Positions 27,122 through 37,195 of a DNA stretch of 64,000 nucleotides are shown here, piece after piece. The notes under the pieces are model-generated. The model searched no databases and was not told where the DNA came from. It worked only from the letters and a program-made list of their open reading frames with translations. Where the stretch lies: contig CAVUTO010000020.1 in assembly GCA_963744405.1 (NCBI GenBank), positions 24,666 to 88,665 on the forward strand, given 5' to 3'. How positions within the stretch are numbered: the first letter of the stretch is position 1; each line of letters starts with the position of its first letter. This DNA is from Vicinamibacterales bacterium. GTDB lineage: Bacteria > Acidobacteriota > Vicinamibacteria > Vicinamibacterales > JAMQPK01. Made by a program: the position numbers and the translations under genes.

Positions 27122-28423
27122 GCGGAGCGAGCCCCTGAAGATCCTTTTCATCACCGCGGGCGCGGCGGGGATGTACTGCGGCAGCTGCCTGCGAGACAAC
27201 GCCCTCGCCGCCGAGCTGAAGTCCCGCGGGCACGATGTCGTCCTCGTTCCCCTCTACACGCCCACGCTGACCGACGAGCCCAATGTCAGCGAACAGCGCG
27301 TCTTTTTCGGTGGCATCAGCGTCTATCTTCAGCAGCACGCCGGGTTCTTCCGGTGGGCGCCCCGCATCTTCGACAAGTTGCTCGACGCGCCCTGGCTCAT
27401 CAAGGCCGCTTCCTCGAGATCGATTCCAACTGATCTGCGGTTGCTCGGCGAAATGACGATCTCGATGCTCAAGGGGGAGGATGGCTTTCAGCGCAAAGAG
27501 TTCGAGAAGATGCTCGAGTGGCTGGTGAGTGAGCCGGCGCCTGACGTCGTGCAGTTGCCGAACACATTGCTGGTGAGCCTCGCGCCGTCGCTGAGACGAG
27601 CTCTGAAGGCGCCGATCCACTGCACGCTGCAGGGCGAAGACCTGTTTCTCAACGCTCTCACGAAGCCACACCGTGCCGAATCGATCGACCTGATTCGGAA
27701 AAATGCGGAGTCGGTCGATCGGTTTACGGCGGTGAGCGAATATTACGCCGACTTCATGGCGAGCTACTTGTCAATTCCGCGCGTGAAAATCGACGTCGTG
27801 CCGCTCGGCATCAATCTCGATGGATTCGATCGAAGGCACGATGCGCCGGCTGAAAGGCCATTCACGGTCGGGTATCTTGCGCGGGTCGCGCCGGAGAAGG
27901 GGTTGCTGGGCCTGTGCGAAGCGTACGTGCAATTCAGGCAGATGCCAGGCGTCGATCGAGCGCGACTCGAAGTGGCCGGGCTATATCGCTGCCGATCAGC
28001 AACCGTATCTCGAAGCGATGCGAGCGGACGCTGACGAGCGCGGGCTTCGGCGCGGAATTTCACTATCGCGGCGCGCTCGACCGCGAGCAGAAGATCGATT
28101 TTCTTCGAAGCCTCGACGTCTTCTCGGTGCCGACGGTGTACGTCGAACCAAAGGGGCTGTTTCTGCTCGAGGCGATGGCGTGCGGAGTGCCGGTGGTGCA
28201 GCCGCGGCACGGCGCTTTTCCCGAAATGCTCGCAAAGACGTCGGGAGGGATCCTCGTCGCGCCGGGCGATGCGAAGAGCCTCGCCGAAGGGCTCCACGAA
28301 TTGTGGAAGAAGTCCGGCGCAACGCGTCGAGCTCGGCCGGAACGGCTTCGAAGGCGTCCGCAAACACTACAGCATCAGCCGGTCGGCCGATCGCATGCTC
28401 GAAGTGTATGCGACAGTAGGGTG
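27118..28423 (+). pseudogene. Glycosyltransferase family 4 (GT-B), at least four frame changes
   Basis: ATG 27118 overlaps the ALDH stop (ATGA). Frame switches are at:
- the C-run 27132-27135
- the G-run 27978-27980 (..LEVAG|YIAADQQPYLEAMRAD)
- about 28030-28055 (..AEFHYRGALDREQKIDFLRSLDVFSVPT..EAMACGVPVV)
- about 28313-28320 (..RVELGRNGFEGVRKHYSISRSADRMLEVYATVG stop 28423). Confidence 0.8.
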
Positions 28424-28444
28424 AAGGATTCCCGCAACAGAAAC

Positions 28445-29114
28445 GTGCTCAACGCTGAAAGGAGTCGGCAAATCGTTTCCGTCACCTCAAGGCGACCTGC
28501 CGGTGCTCTCCGATGTGTCATTGTCGTTCGCACCTGGTGATGCCGCGGCAATCATGGGACCGTCGGGGAGCGGGAAGAGCACCCTGCTGTACATTCTCGG
28601 CGCGCTCGAGCCGCCGACGACCGGGTCAGTGACGCTCGACGGCACCAATCCGTTCAGCTTGTCCCAGAAAGATCTCGCGGCGTTCCGCAACAAGGAAATC
28701 GGCTTCGTGTTTCAGGATCATTGCCTGTTGCCGCAGTGCAGCGTCATCGAGAACGTGCTCATTCCAACGCTCGTAGGGCCGGCCGATTCCGGCGGCGACG
28801 CGCACGCGCGCTTGCTGGTCGACCAGGTCGGACTTTCGCATCGCATCGCACACCTTCCGGGCCAGCTGTCCGGCGGCGAGAAGCAGCGCGTCGCGCTGGC
28901 TCGTGCGCTGGTTCGTCGCCCCCGGCTCCTGTTGTGCGACGAGCCGACGGGCAATCTCGATCGGGCTTCGGCCGAATCGGTCGCGTCGCTGCTCTTCGAG
29001 CTGCAGCGGAAGCAGCAGGCGATTCTGATTGTGGTGACGCATAGCGCCGATCTCGCCGCGCGGTTTCCCATCCGCTTCGATCTCGTCGATCGGAAGCTGC
29101 AGCGCGTGGCGTAG
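28445..29114 (+). CDS. ABC transporter ATP-binding protein (YbbA/LolD/MacB type), N-terminus possibly frameshifted
   Basis: Walker A GPSGSGKST, signature LSGGEKQR, Walker B LLCDEPT. In-frame upstream sequence LKGVGKSFPSPQGDLPVLSDVSL has no ATG/GTG. GTG 28445 is one frame off (switch near 28452-28455); CTG 28455 is the alternative. Confidence 0.85.
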
Positions 29115-29119
29115 CTCCG

Positions 29120-32100
29120 ATGAAAGCCAGCACTCTGCAGCGCCGAAGCCTTCGTCATTACTGGCGTACGAACGTCGCTGTTATCGGCGGCGTAGCCATT
29201 GCGGTCGCGGTGCTGGCCGGTGCGCTGATGGTGGGCGTCTCGGTTCGCGCAAGCCTCCGCGACCTCGTTTTGCAGAGGCTGGGTGCTACCGATCGCGTCA
29301 TCGTGGCTCAGGGATTCTTCCGGGAACAACTCGCGGGCGCGTTCGGTCGATGCCGTTCCGCTGATCCTTGTTGAAGGCTTTGTCGCAGCGCAGGAAAGCG
29401 GCCGCCGTGCGTCGCGCGTGCAGGTATACGCAGTTGACGATCGGTTCTGGCGGTTTCACGGCCTCGATCGCGTGAAAGCGCCGTCGGGCAACGAGGCGCT
29501 GCTGAGCGAAGGCCTTGCCGAGGAGCTCGCCGCCGCCGGCGGCCAGTCGGTGATTCTTCGCGTGGAGAGCTCATCGGCGATTCCAACCGAGTCGCTCCAC
29601 GGCAGGAAAGAAGACGTCGGCCGCAGCCTGCGGCTGACCGTGCGTCAGGTGCTCGCACGCGAGGACCTGGGGGAGTTTTCGCTCAGCCCGCGACAGGGTT
29701 CGATCCGCGCGATCTTCGTGCCGCTCGCCAGACTGCAGGCGCTCGCTCGAGCAGCGCCAGCGCGCGAACGCGATTCTGGTCGCCAGCCTCGATTCTGCCG
29801 GCGTGGAGCGGCGACTCCGCGAGTCTGCCCTCGTCGACGATCTCGGCGTGCGCGTGCGTGCGTTGGACGCGCTCGGTGTCATCGCTGTCGAAAGCCATAG
29901 CACGATTCTGAACGACGCGACTGCCGCCACGGCAATCCGGGCGGCCGAGCGCTCGAAGCTGAACGTGATACCCACGCTGACCTACCTGGCGAATTCAATT
30001 CGAGTCGGCGAGCGTGACATTCCATATTCCACAATTACGGCCATCGACCTGGGGGCGCTCGGCTGGGTGGGCGCGAAAGCCCAAAGCCAGGGGCCAGGCG
30101 CCATCGTCTTGAACGACTGGGCAGCGCGAGATTTGCGGGCCGCTGTAGGTGATCGCGTCACCATCGACTACTACGTGTGGGAGTCCGAAGGGCGGTTGCG
30201 AACGCAGGCGGCGGAATTCCTCGTTGCGCGCATCGTCCCCATTCTGGGACCTGCTGCGGACCGAGATCTCGTCCCCGAGTATCCGGGCATTACGGATTCG
30301 GATCGCGTCGCCGATTGGGATCCGCCGTTTCCGATCGACTTGAATCGCGTGCGTCCAATCGACGAGGAATACTGGAACCGCCATCGCGCGACGCCGAAGG
30401 CGTTCATTCCTATCGAGCGAGGACAGCAGTTGTGGAGTTCGCGCCACGGCGCCCTGACCGCGCTGCGCCTCGTTCCGCCGCGCGACACTTCGCTCGCGGA
30501 CGCGCGCGCGCAATATGAAACAGCGCTGCGCGCCGAGCTCGACCCGCTCGCGGCGGGATTTTCCGTGTATGACGTGCGCGCGCAGAGCCTCGCGGCGTCG
30601 AGTGGCGCGACCGACTTCGGCGAGTACTTCACCTACTTCAGTACGTTCCTGGTCGTCTCGGCGCTCCTGCTTGCCGGGTTGTTCTTCAAGCTCGGCGTCG
30701 AGCAGCGCCTGCAGGAAGTCGGGCTGCTGCAGGCGCTGGGGCTCGATCCCGCCGCGATTCGCCGCCTCTTTGCCGGCGAGGCGCTTGTCCTTGCGGTGAT
30801 TGGCGGCATAGCGGGCATCGCCGGCGCGATTGGCTACAGCGCGCTCATCATGCTCGGCCTGCGCACGTGGTGGGTCGGTGCCGTCGGGACGACGGCGCTT
30901 GCGCTGCACATCGACCCGGTTTCGCTCATCGCCGGCGCCGCTGCTGTCGTGTTGATCGCCGTCGCATCTATCTGGTGGTCCCTCCGCGCGCTCGCGTCCG
31001 CATCGACTCGGTCACTGCTGAAGGGGTCAGTCCCAGGCGTGGGGTCTGACCCCGGCGGGCGAAATCACTCAAAAAACCGGACAAGTGTGCCCTTGGGGTC
31101 TGACCCTCGTACTGCACTGGCAGCCGGCGGCTTTGCACTTGCACTGCTCATTGGGACTGCCGCCGGCGCCGTGCCGCGGGTGGCCGGATTCTTTGGCGCC
31201 GGCGCGCTCTCGCTCATCGCCATGCTGTGGTTGTCGTCGGCCTGGCTGCGCCGGGGACGCTGGGGCCCGCTTCACGGGCACGGCCCCTGGGCGGTGTGGC
31301 GGCTCGGATGGCGCAACACGGCATACCGGCCTGCGCGAAGTGTGCTGTGCATCGCGCTCATCGCCTTTGCGACCTTTGTCATCGTTGCCGTCGAGGCGTT
31401 CAAGCGCGACGAATCGGCCGCGTTGCTCGATCGTCAGTCGGGAGGTGGAGGATATCCGCTGCTGGTCGAGATGCTCCTTCCCGTCGTTCACGATCTCAAC
31501 GACACGTCAGGACGCGACGCGATGAATCTGCCCTCAGGCGGTGCGCTCCAGGATGTTCGCTTCGATCGCTTTCGGGTGCGCCCTGGCGAAGATGCGAGCT
31601 GCCTGAATCTCTACCAGCCGAAGAATCCGCGCATCATCGCGGCGACTCCGGATTTCATCAACAGCGGTCGATTTGCCTTTCATAGTTCGACGGCCGAAAC
31701 GCCGGAGGAGCGCGAGAACCCGTGGCTGTTGCTCAACCGCCCGCTCGAGGACGGCGTTGTGCCGGTTATCGCAGACGCCAACTCGATGACCTACGTGCTG
31801 CACATGAAGCTTGGCGACGAGTTCGTACTGCCGGGATCGTCCGAGCGCCCGGTCCGGCTCCGGCTGGTCGCGGCGTTGTCCGACAGCATTTTCCAGGGAG
31901 AGCTCGTGATGTCCGAGCAGCCCTTCGTGCGTCTGTTTCCCGAATGGGAGGGGTATCGGTTCTTCCTCGCGGACGCGCCCGCCGGGCAGGCACCGGCCGT
32001 GACCGAACTGCTGGAGTCGCGATTGTCGGATTTCGGCGTCGACGTGGCCTCGACGGCCGAACGCCTCGCGGGCTTTCACCGCGTTGAATATACTTACCTC

Positions 32101-32472
32101 TCGACCTTTCAGATGCTCGGGGGGCTGGGACTGCTGCTGGGAACGCTCGGTCTCGGCGCGATTCTTCTGCGGAATGTGCTCGAACGGCGGAGAGAGCTCG
32201 CGGTGCTGCGCGCGCTGGGCTACACGCGCCGGGATTTCCTGACGATGGTCGTGGCCGAGAATGTGCTGCTGCTGGTCGCGGGCCTCGCAATCGGTACGTT
32301 CTGCGCGCTGGTCGCAATCGCGCCAGTGTTTCTCGATCGCGGTGGACGATTGCCGATAGATACGCTGGCCCTGCTGCTCGTCGGCGTGTTGGGAACCGGG
32401 TTGCTTGCGTCGCTGGGGGCAATGGCCGCAGCCCTGCGATCGCCGTTGTTGTCGGCTTTGAAGACTGAGTAG
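29120..32472 (+). CDS. Large FtsX-family ABC permease (YbbP-like, two FtsX halves), two frameshifts
   Basis: N-terminus RRSLRHYWRTNVAVIGGVAIAVAVLAGALMVG. Frame switches are near 29343-29347 (..QLAGAF|VDAVPLILVEGF) and 29745 (..LARLQAL|LEQRQRANAILVAS). The remainder is table ORF 29803..32472, with two FtsX TM bundles. Confidence 0.85.
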
Positions 32473-32493
32473 TGTCCGCCTTCAGGCGGACCG
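32470..32493 (+). repeat. REP-like hairpin GTAGTGTCCGCCTTCAGGCGGAC
   Basis: Stem GTCCGCC / GGCGGAC with loop TTCA, 15 nt upstream of ATG 32508. One of four copies in this window. Confidence 0.8.
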
Positions 32494-32507
32494 TACGAGG
32501 ACAACTT

Positions 32508-33749
32508 ATGGACACATCACATCGTCTGGTCGTTGGAACCATCGTGCTCGCCGGATTCACTGTCGTCGTTGCCGGGCAGAACGCCGGTCCCGACTGGCCG
32601 CAGTGGCGAGGTCCTCGCCGCGACGGCACGCTCACGTCTTTCACCGAGCCGAAGGTCTGGCCCGATGCCCTCACTCAGAAATGGAAGATTACGGTCGGCG
32701 AAGGGTACGCGACGCCGATTCTCGTAGGCAATCGCATCTTTCAGTTTTCCCGCCAGGGCGAAAACGAAATCCTGCGCGCCATCGACGCGGAGAGCGGCAA
32801 AGTGGTCTGGGAGCAGAGCTACCCCGCGCCGTTCGAGATGACATCGGGCACTAAGCGTCATGGGCCGGGGCCGAAATCGACGCCGACCTTTGCGGACGGC
32901 AGAATCTTTACGCTCGGCATGAGCAGCATCGTGACGGCCTGGGATGCCGCGACAGGAAAGGTGCTATGGCGTATTCCGTCTGGCCCCCTGCAGCCTCAGT
33001 TCCACACGGCGATGTCGCCGCTGGTTGATCGCAGCCAGATGATTCTTCATCTCGGCGGCGACAAGCAGGGCACGCTCAACTCGTTCGATCCCGTGACTGG
33101 AAAAGTGCGATGGAGCTGGACCGGCGACGGACCCGCCTATGGATCGCCGATCATCACCGACCTCGGCGGCACCCGGCACCTCATGCTCTTCTCGCAGCAG
33201 AACTTCATCGGCGTAAACCCTGAGACCGGCGCGTTGTTGTGGAGTGTGCCCTTCGAGGCGCGCTCGACGACGAACTCCATCACGCCGCTGGTCTACGGCA
33301 ACACGATCATTGTTTCCGGTCAGGGCAAACCTGTCACCGCGTACATCGTCGCGAACAAGGGCGGCAAGTGGGTGGCCGATCTTGCGTGGGAAAACCCGGC
33401 GATCCAGATGTCGTTCAGCAACGGCGTGCTCATCGGCGATGCCATCTTCTCGATGTCTCCGCTCAACAGCGGCCAGTTCTTCTGGGCTGACGCGAAAACC
33501 GGCAAGACCTTGTGGCTGTCGGAGCCGCGCCAGGGCGGCAACGCGGCGATTACGCGCTCGGGCGATCTGTTGTTCGTGCTGAAGGACACGGGCGAGCTCA
33601 TGGTTGGCAAGGGAACGCCAGGCGTGGCCTTTACGCCTGCCAAGACCTACACGGTGGCCACGAGCGCCACCTGGGCGCCGCCGGTTATCTCGGGCAACCG
33701 CATCTTCGTGAAGGACGTCGAGACGCTCGCGCTCTGGACGTTGAACTAG
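32508..33749 (+). CDS. PQQ-like beta-propeller repeat protein P2
   Basis: ATG 32508 with GAGG upstream. TM/signal VVGTIVLAGFTVVVAG, DWPQWRGPRRDG motif and repeated propeller blades. Confidence 0.88.
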   Translation: MDTSHRLVVGTIVLAGFTVVVAGQNAGPDWPQWRGPRRDGTLTSFTEPKVWPDALTQKWKITVGEGYATPILVGNRIFQFSRQGENEILRAIDAESGKVVWEQSYPAPFEMTSGTKRHGPGPKSTPTFADGRIFTLGMSSIVTAWDAATGKVLWRIPSGPLQPQFHTAMSPLVDRSQMILHLGGDKQGTLNSFDPVTGKVRWSWTGDGPAYGSPIITDLGGTRHLMLFSQQNFIGVNPETGALLWSVPFEARSTTNSITPLVYGNTIIVSGQGKPVTAYIVANKGGKWVADLAWENPAIQMSFSNGVLIGDAIFSMSPLNSGQFFWADAKTGKTLWLSEPRQGGNAAITRSGDLLFVLKDTGELMVGKGTPGVAFTPAKTYTVATSATWAPPVISGNRIFVKDVETLALWTLN

Positions 33750-33770
33750 GCGAGCAAGGTATATTGACTC

Positions 33771-35099
33771 ATGGGTGACGCGCGCGGGACCACGGTTGAC
33801 GAGACAGAGATCGGCAGCTATTTCGTCGCTAACTATCCGCCGTTTTCCGTCTGGACTGCCGATGCCGTCGAGCGCGACGCGCTGCCGGCGTTGAGCTCGA
33901 CGCCGGCGCCTGTGCCGCTCGGGCTGTACCTGCACGTCCCGTTCTGCCGGAAGCGCTGCCATTTCTGCTACTTCCGCGTCTACACCGACAAGAACGCCCA
34001 GGAAGTCGAAGAATATCTCGACGTGATGGCGCGCGAGTGGGAGATCTACAACACCTATCCTGCGATCAATGGGCGCCCGCTCAACTTCGTATACTTCGGC
34101 GGCGGCACTCCCTCGTTCCTGTCGGTGCGCCAGTTGAGCGGCCTGGTGCAACGGTTGACCGCCGTCACTCCATGGTCGTCGGCTGAAGAGATCACGTTCG
34201 AGTGCGAGCCCGGCACGCTGACCGAACCGAAGCTTGCCGCCATTCGCGAGATGGGGGTGACGCGTCTCAGCCTCGGCGTCGAGAACTTCGACGATCACAT
34301 TCTCGAGGTGAACGGGCGGGCCCACCGGTCTCCGGAAATTCTCCGCGCGTATCAGTTTGCGCAGTCGCTCGGTTTTCCGCAGATCAACATCGATTTGATT
34401 GCCGGCATGCTCGGCGAAAGCGAGGAGAACTGGCAGCGGTGCGTGGAGAAAACCATCGAGCTCGCGCCCGACAGCGTCACCGTGTATCAGATGGAACTGC
34501 CGTTCAATACGACGATCAGCAGCGATGTGTTGAAGGGCACCGGCCGCTTCCAGGAGCACGTCGCGAGCTGGTCGACCAAGCGACGCTGGGTTGATGAGGC
34601 ATTCGAGGCGCTGCAGAAGGCCGGCTACACAATCGGCAGCGCGTACACCGCAGTGAAGGATCCCGAGCGCACGAAGTTCATCTATCGCGATCGCCTGTGG
34701 CAGGGCGCCGATTTGGCGGGGCTTGGCGTCGCGTCGTTCGGGCACATCAATGGCGTGCACATGCAGAATCTCGATCAATGGGACACATATAGCGGCAGGA
34801 TTCGCGAGGGCGCACTGCCGCTGAGCCGCGCGTACCGGCCCGACCAGGAAGAGCGGCTCATCCGCGAGCTCGTCTTGCAGCTGAAACTCGGCCGCGTCCG
34901 TCCGTCCTACTTCGCCGGAAAGTACGGCGTCGACATCCTGCAGCGGTTCGAAGGGCCGTTGCGCTCGCTCGATGCAGACGGCTTCCTTGCCGAAGCCGGC
35001 CCCGACAGCGTCACTCTCAGTCGCGCCGGACTCCTGCGCGTCGACTCATTCCTTCCACGGTTCTTTCAGCCGAAACATGCGGGCATCCGGTACACGTAA
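33771..35099 (+). CDS. HemN-like radical SAM protein (coproporphyrinogen III oxidase family / class C)
   Basis: CRKRCHFCYF (CxxxCxxC), YFGGGTPS, and a HemN_C-like C-terminal region. Confidence 0.88.
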   Translation: MGDARGTTVDETEIGSYFVANYPPFSVWTADAVERDALPALSSTPAPVPLGLYLHVPFCRKRCHFCYFRVYTDKNAQEVEEYLDVMAREWEIYNTYPAINGRPLNFVYFGGGTPSFLSVRQLSGLVQRLTAVTPWSSAEEITFECEPGTLTEPKLAAIREMGVTRLSLGVENFDDHILEVNGRAHRSPEILRAYQFAQSLGFPQINIDLIAGMLGESEENWQRCVEKTIELAPDSVTVYQMELPFNTTISSDVLKGTGRFQEHVASWSTKRRWVDEAFEALQKAGYTIGSAYTAVKDPERTKFIYRDRLWQGADLAGLGVASFGHINGVHMQNLDQWDTYSGRIREGALPLSRAYRPDQEERLIRELVLQLKLGRVRPSYFAGKYGVDILQRFEGPLRSLDADGFLAEAGPDSVTLSRAGLLRVDSFLPRFFQPKHAGIRYT

Positions 35100-35646
35100 G
35101 CGAACCGCGCGCATCAGCCACAACGGGATCCTGTTTCCGCTCGACTTCGTATACGCGAGGTCGGGTGTCGAACTTCCGCAGGTGAACGCGATCGATCCCG
35201 ACGACATTCCGCTGCCGTACCGATCGCTGCTCGTGCACAAGACCGACATGACGCTGACGCTCGAGCGTCATTTCGGCGGCCGTGTCGCGCTGCGTCCGCT
35301 CGCGACATTTCTTCACGGCCCATGGTATTTCCGTCGCGTTCTCCTCGCCCAGGAATACACCGGGCGCCCCGTCGAGATGGGCGCGATCCGCATCAGAATC
35401 GCTGCATTTCCCGCGCGCATCCAGAAGCAGATTCTGAAAAACGACGTGCCGCTCGGACGGCTCCTTCGCGACGGCGGCGTCGACTACGAAAGCCGGCCGA
35501 CTGTGTTTTTGTCGGTAACTCCGAATCCGGAGATGATGGGCGTGTTCTGGATGCGCGAGCCGAAGACGCTCTACGGCCGCCGGACCGAGATGATCCGCGA
35601 CGGCGCCAAAATCGGCGATATCGTGGAAGTGCTGCCGCTCGTATGA
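35077..35646 (+). CDS. Chorismate pyruvate-lyase-like protein (UbiC/DUF98 fold)
   Basis: TDMTLTLERHFGG, WYFRRVLL, VPLGRLLR and LYGRRTEMIRDGAKIGDIVEVLP align by eye with the E. coli UbiC segments MTKRFEQQG, YWLREILL, TPLGRYLF and [23 protein letters not shown]. Confidence 0.7.
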   Translation: MRASGTRKRTARISHNGILFPLDFVYARSGVELPQVNAIDPDDIPLPYRSLLVHKTDMTLTLERHFGGRVALRPLATFLHGPWYFRRVLLAQEYTGRPVEMGAIRIRIAAFPARIQKQILKNDVPLGRLLRDGGVDYESRPTVFLSVTPNPEMMGVFWMREPKTLYGRRTEMIRDGAKIGDIVEVLPLV

Positions 35647-35669
35647 ACTGCGAGCGGCACGACTAAACA

Positions 35670-36082
35670 ATGCCTTCTGAATACCGGCTGAAGCGCCGCG
35701 TGCAGTTCTACGAAACCGATATGGCCGGCATCGTGCACTTCAGCTGGTTCTTTCGCTATCTCGAAGAGGCCGAGCACGCGATGTGGCGCGAGGCCGGCGT
35801 CAGCATCGCCGACGGATCGGGCATCGGGTGGCCGCGCGTCGAAGCGTCGTTCGAGTTTCACCGGCCGTTAAGTTCGAAGACGAGTTCGAGGTGCACCTGC
35901 GTATCGTCGGCAAGGACGCGCGGACGATTCGCTATGAAGGCATCGTCTCGAAGGGCGACACCCGGATTGCGACGGGGAAGATCGCAGTCAAGTGCGTCAG
36001 CAAGAAGCCGGGGGAGCCGATGAAGTCGATCGACATTCCGCCTGAAATCGACGCCCTTTTCCAGGTGGCGCCTGGAGTCTGA
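35670..36082 (+). CDS. 4HBT-type acyl-CoA thioesterase (hotdog fold), frameshifted near 35863-35872
   Basis: VQFYETDMAGIVHFSWFFRYLEEAEH (YbgC/4HBT motif). After ..EASFEFHRP the homology continues in the frame of ORF 35783..36082 (KFEDEFEVHLRIVGKDARTIRYEG). Confidence 0.8.
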
Positions 36083-36083
36083 C

Positions 36084-37195
36084 ATGTCGAACGGGCAGCT
36101 CGCGCTGCAGTTCCTGATTCAGCTCGCGATTATCCTGATGGCGTGCCGGGCCGTCGGCGGCACTGATGCCTGCGCATCGGGCAGCCAAAGGTGATCGGCG
36201 AGATGATCGCCGGTATTCTGCTCGGCCCGTCGCTGCTCGGCCTGCTTCGCGCCGTCCGTGCAGGCGGCACTGTTTCCGCCCGCGTCGCTGCGGCCTGCTG
36301 TCGGTCGTGAGCCAGATCGGACTCGTGCTCTACATGTTCGTCGTCGGCATGCATCTGCACACGAGCTTCATCAAGCAGGCGTTCCGCGGTGCGCATGCTG
36401 ATTTCGCTCGCCGGAGTCGTCTGCGCCGTTCCTGCTCGGCGCAGCGCTGGCGTCAGTTTCTGTACGCAGACGGACCGTTTCTTCACGGCGAACGTCTCGA
36501 GCTGGCAAAGCATGATGTATCTCGGGCGCCGCGATGTCGGTGACGGCGTTTCCCGTGCTCGCGCGCATCATCCAGGAACGAGGCATCGGCGGCACGGCGC
36601 TGGGCACGCTGGCGCTGGCGGCGGGAGCCGTCGATGACATCATCGCGTGGACTCTGCTGGGCATCGTGCTTGCCAGCGTCGATCGCGACGTTTGAGATTG
36701 TCGCGATTCGTCGCGTCGCACGCGGTGTTCGTGGCATTCGTCGCTGGCGCGCTGATGCCGCGCGGGCAGGCTGACGGAGACACTCAGCCGAAGGATCGAG
36801 CCGGTCGCGTCGCACGTGCTGGTGCCTTTCTTCTTCGCCTACTCCGGCTTGTCGACGCAGTTGACGCTGCTGTGGTCGGCCGAACTGGTGTGGCTCTTGT
36901 TCGTGGTGATTTTGATCGCGTCGGTTGGAAAGGCGGTGGGATGTGGGGCGCAGCCCGGCTGGCCGGCAGGTCCAACCACGAAGCGATGGCGCTTGGCGCG
37001 CTCATGAACGCGCGCGGGCTGATGGAGCTCGTCATCCTGAACATCGGGCTGCAGCGCGGTCTGATCACGCCCACGCTTTTCACTGTGATGGTCACCATGA
37101 CGCTCGTGACGACGATGGCTGCGGGGCCACTGTTCGAACGGGTGTGGCGAGGATCGGCGGAGGTGCCGAATGGCGCAGGCGTCCCGGTCCGCTGA
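36084..37195 (+). pseudogene. Cation:proton antiporter (CPA2/Kef-type membrane domain), heavily frameshifted
   Basis: Recognisable fragments are scattered over all three frames:
- MSNGQLALQFLIQLAIILMACRAVG
- IGQPKVIGEMIAGILLGPSLLG
- LLSVVSQIGLVLYMFVVGMHLHTSFIKQ
- MSVTAFPVLARIIQERGIGGTALGTLALAAGAVDDIIAWTLLGIVLA
- HAVFVAFVAGALMP
- VLVPFFFAYSGLSTQ
- ALGALMNARGLMELVILNIGL. Confidence 0.75.
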
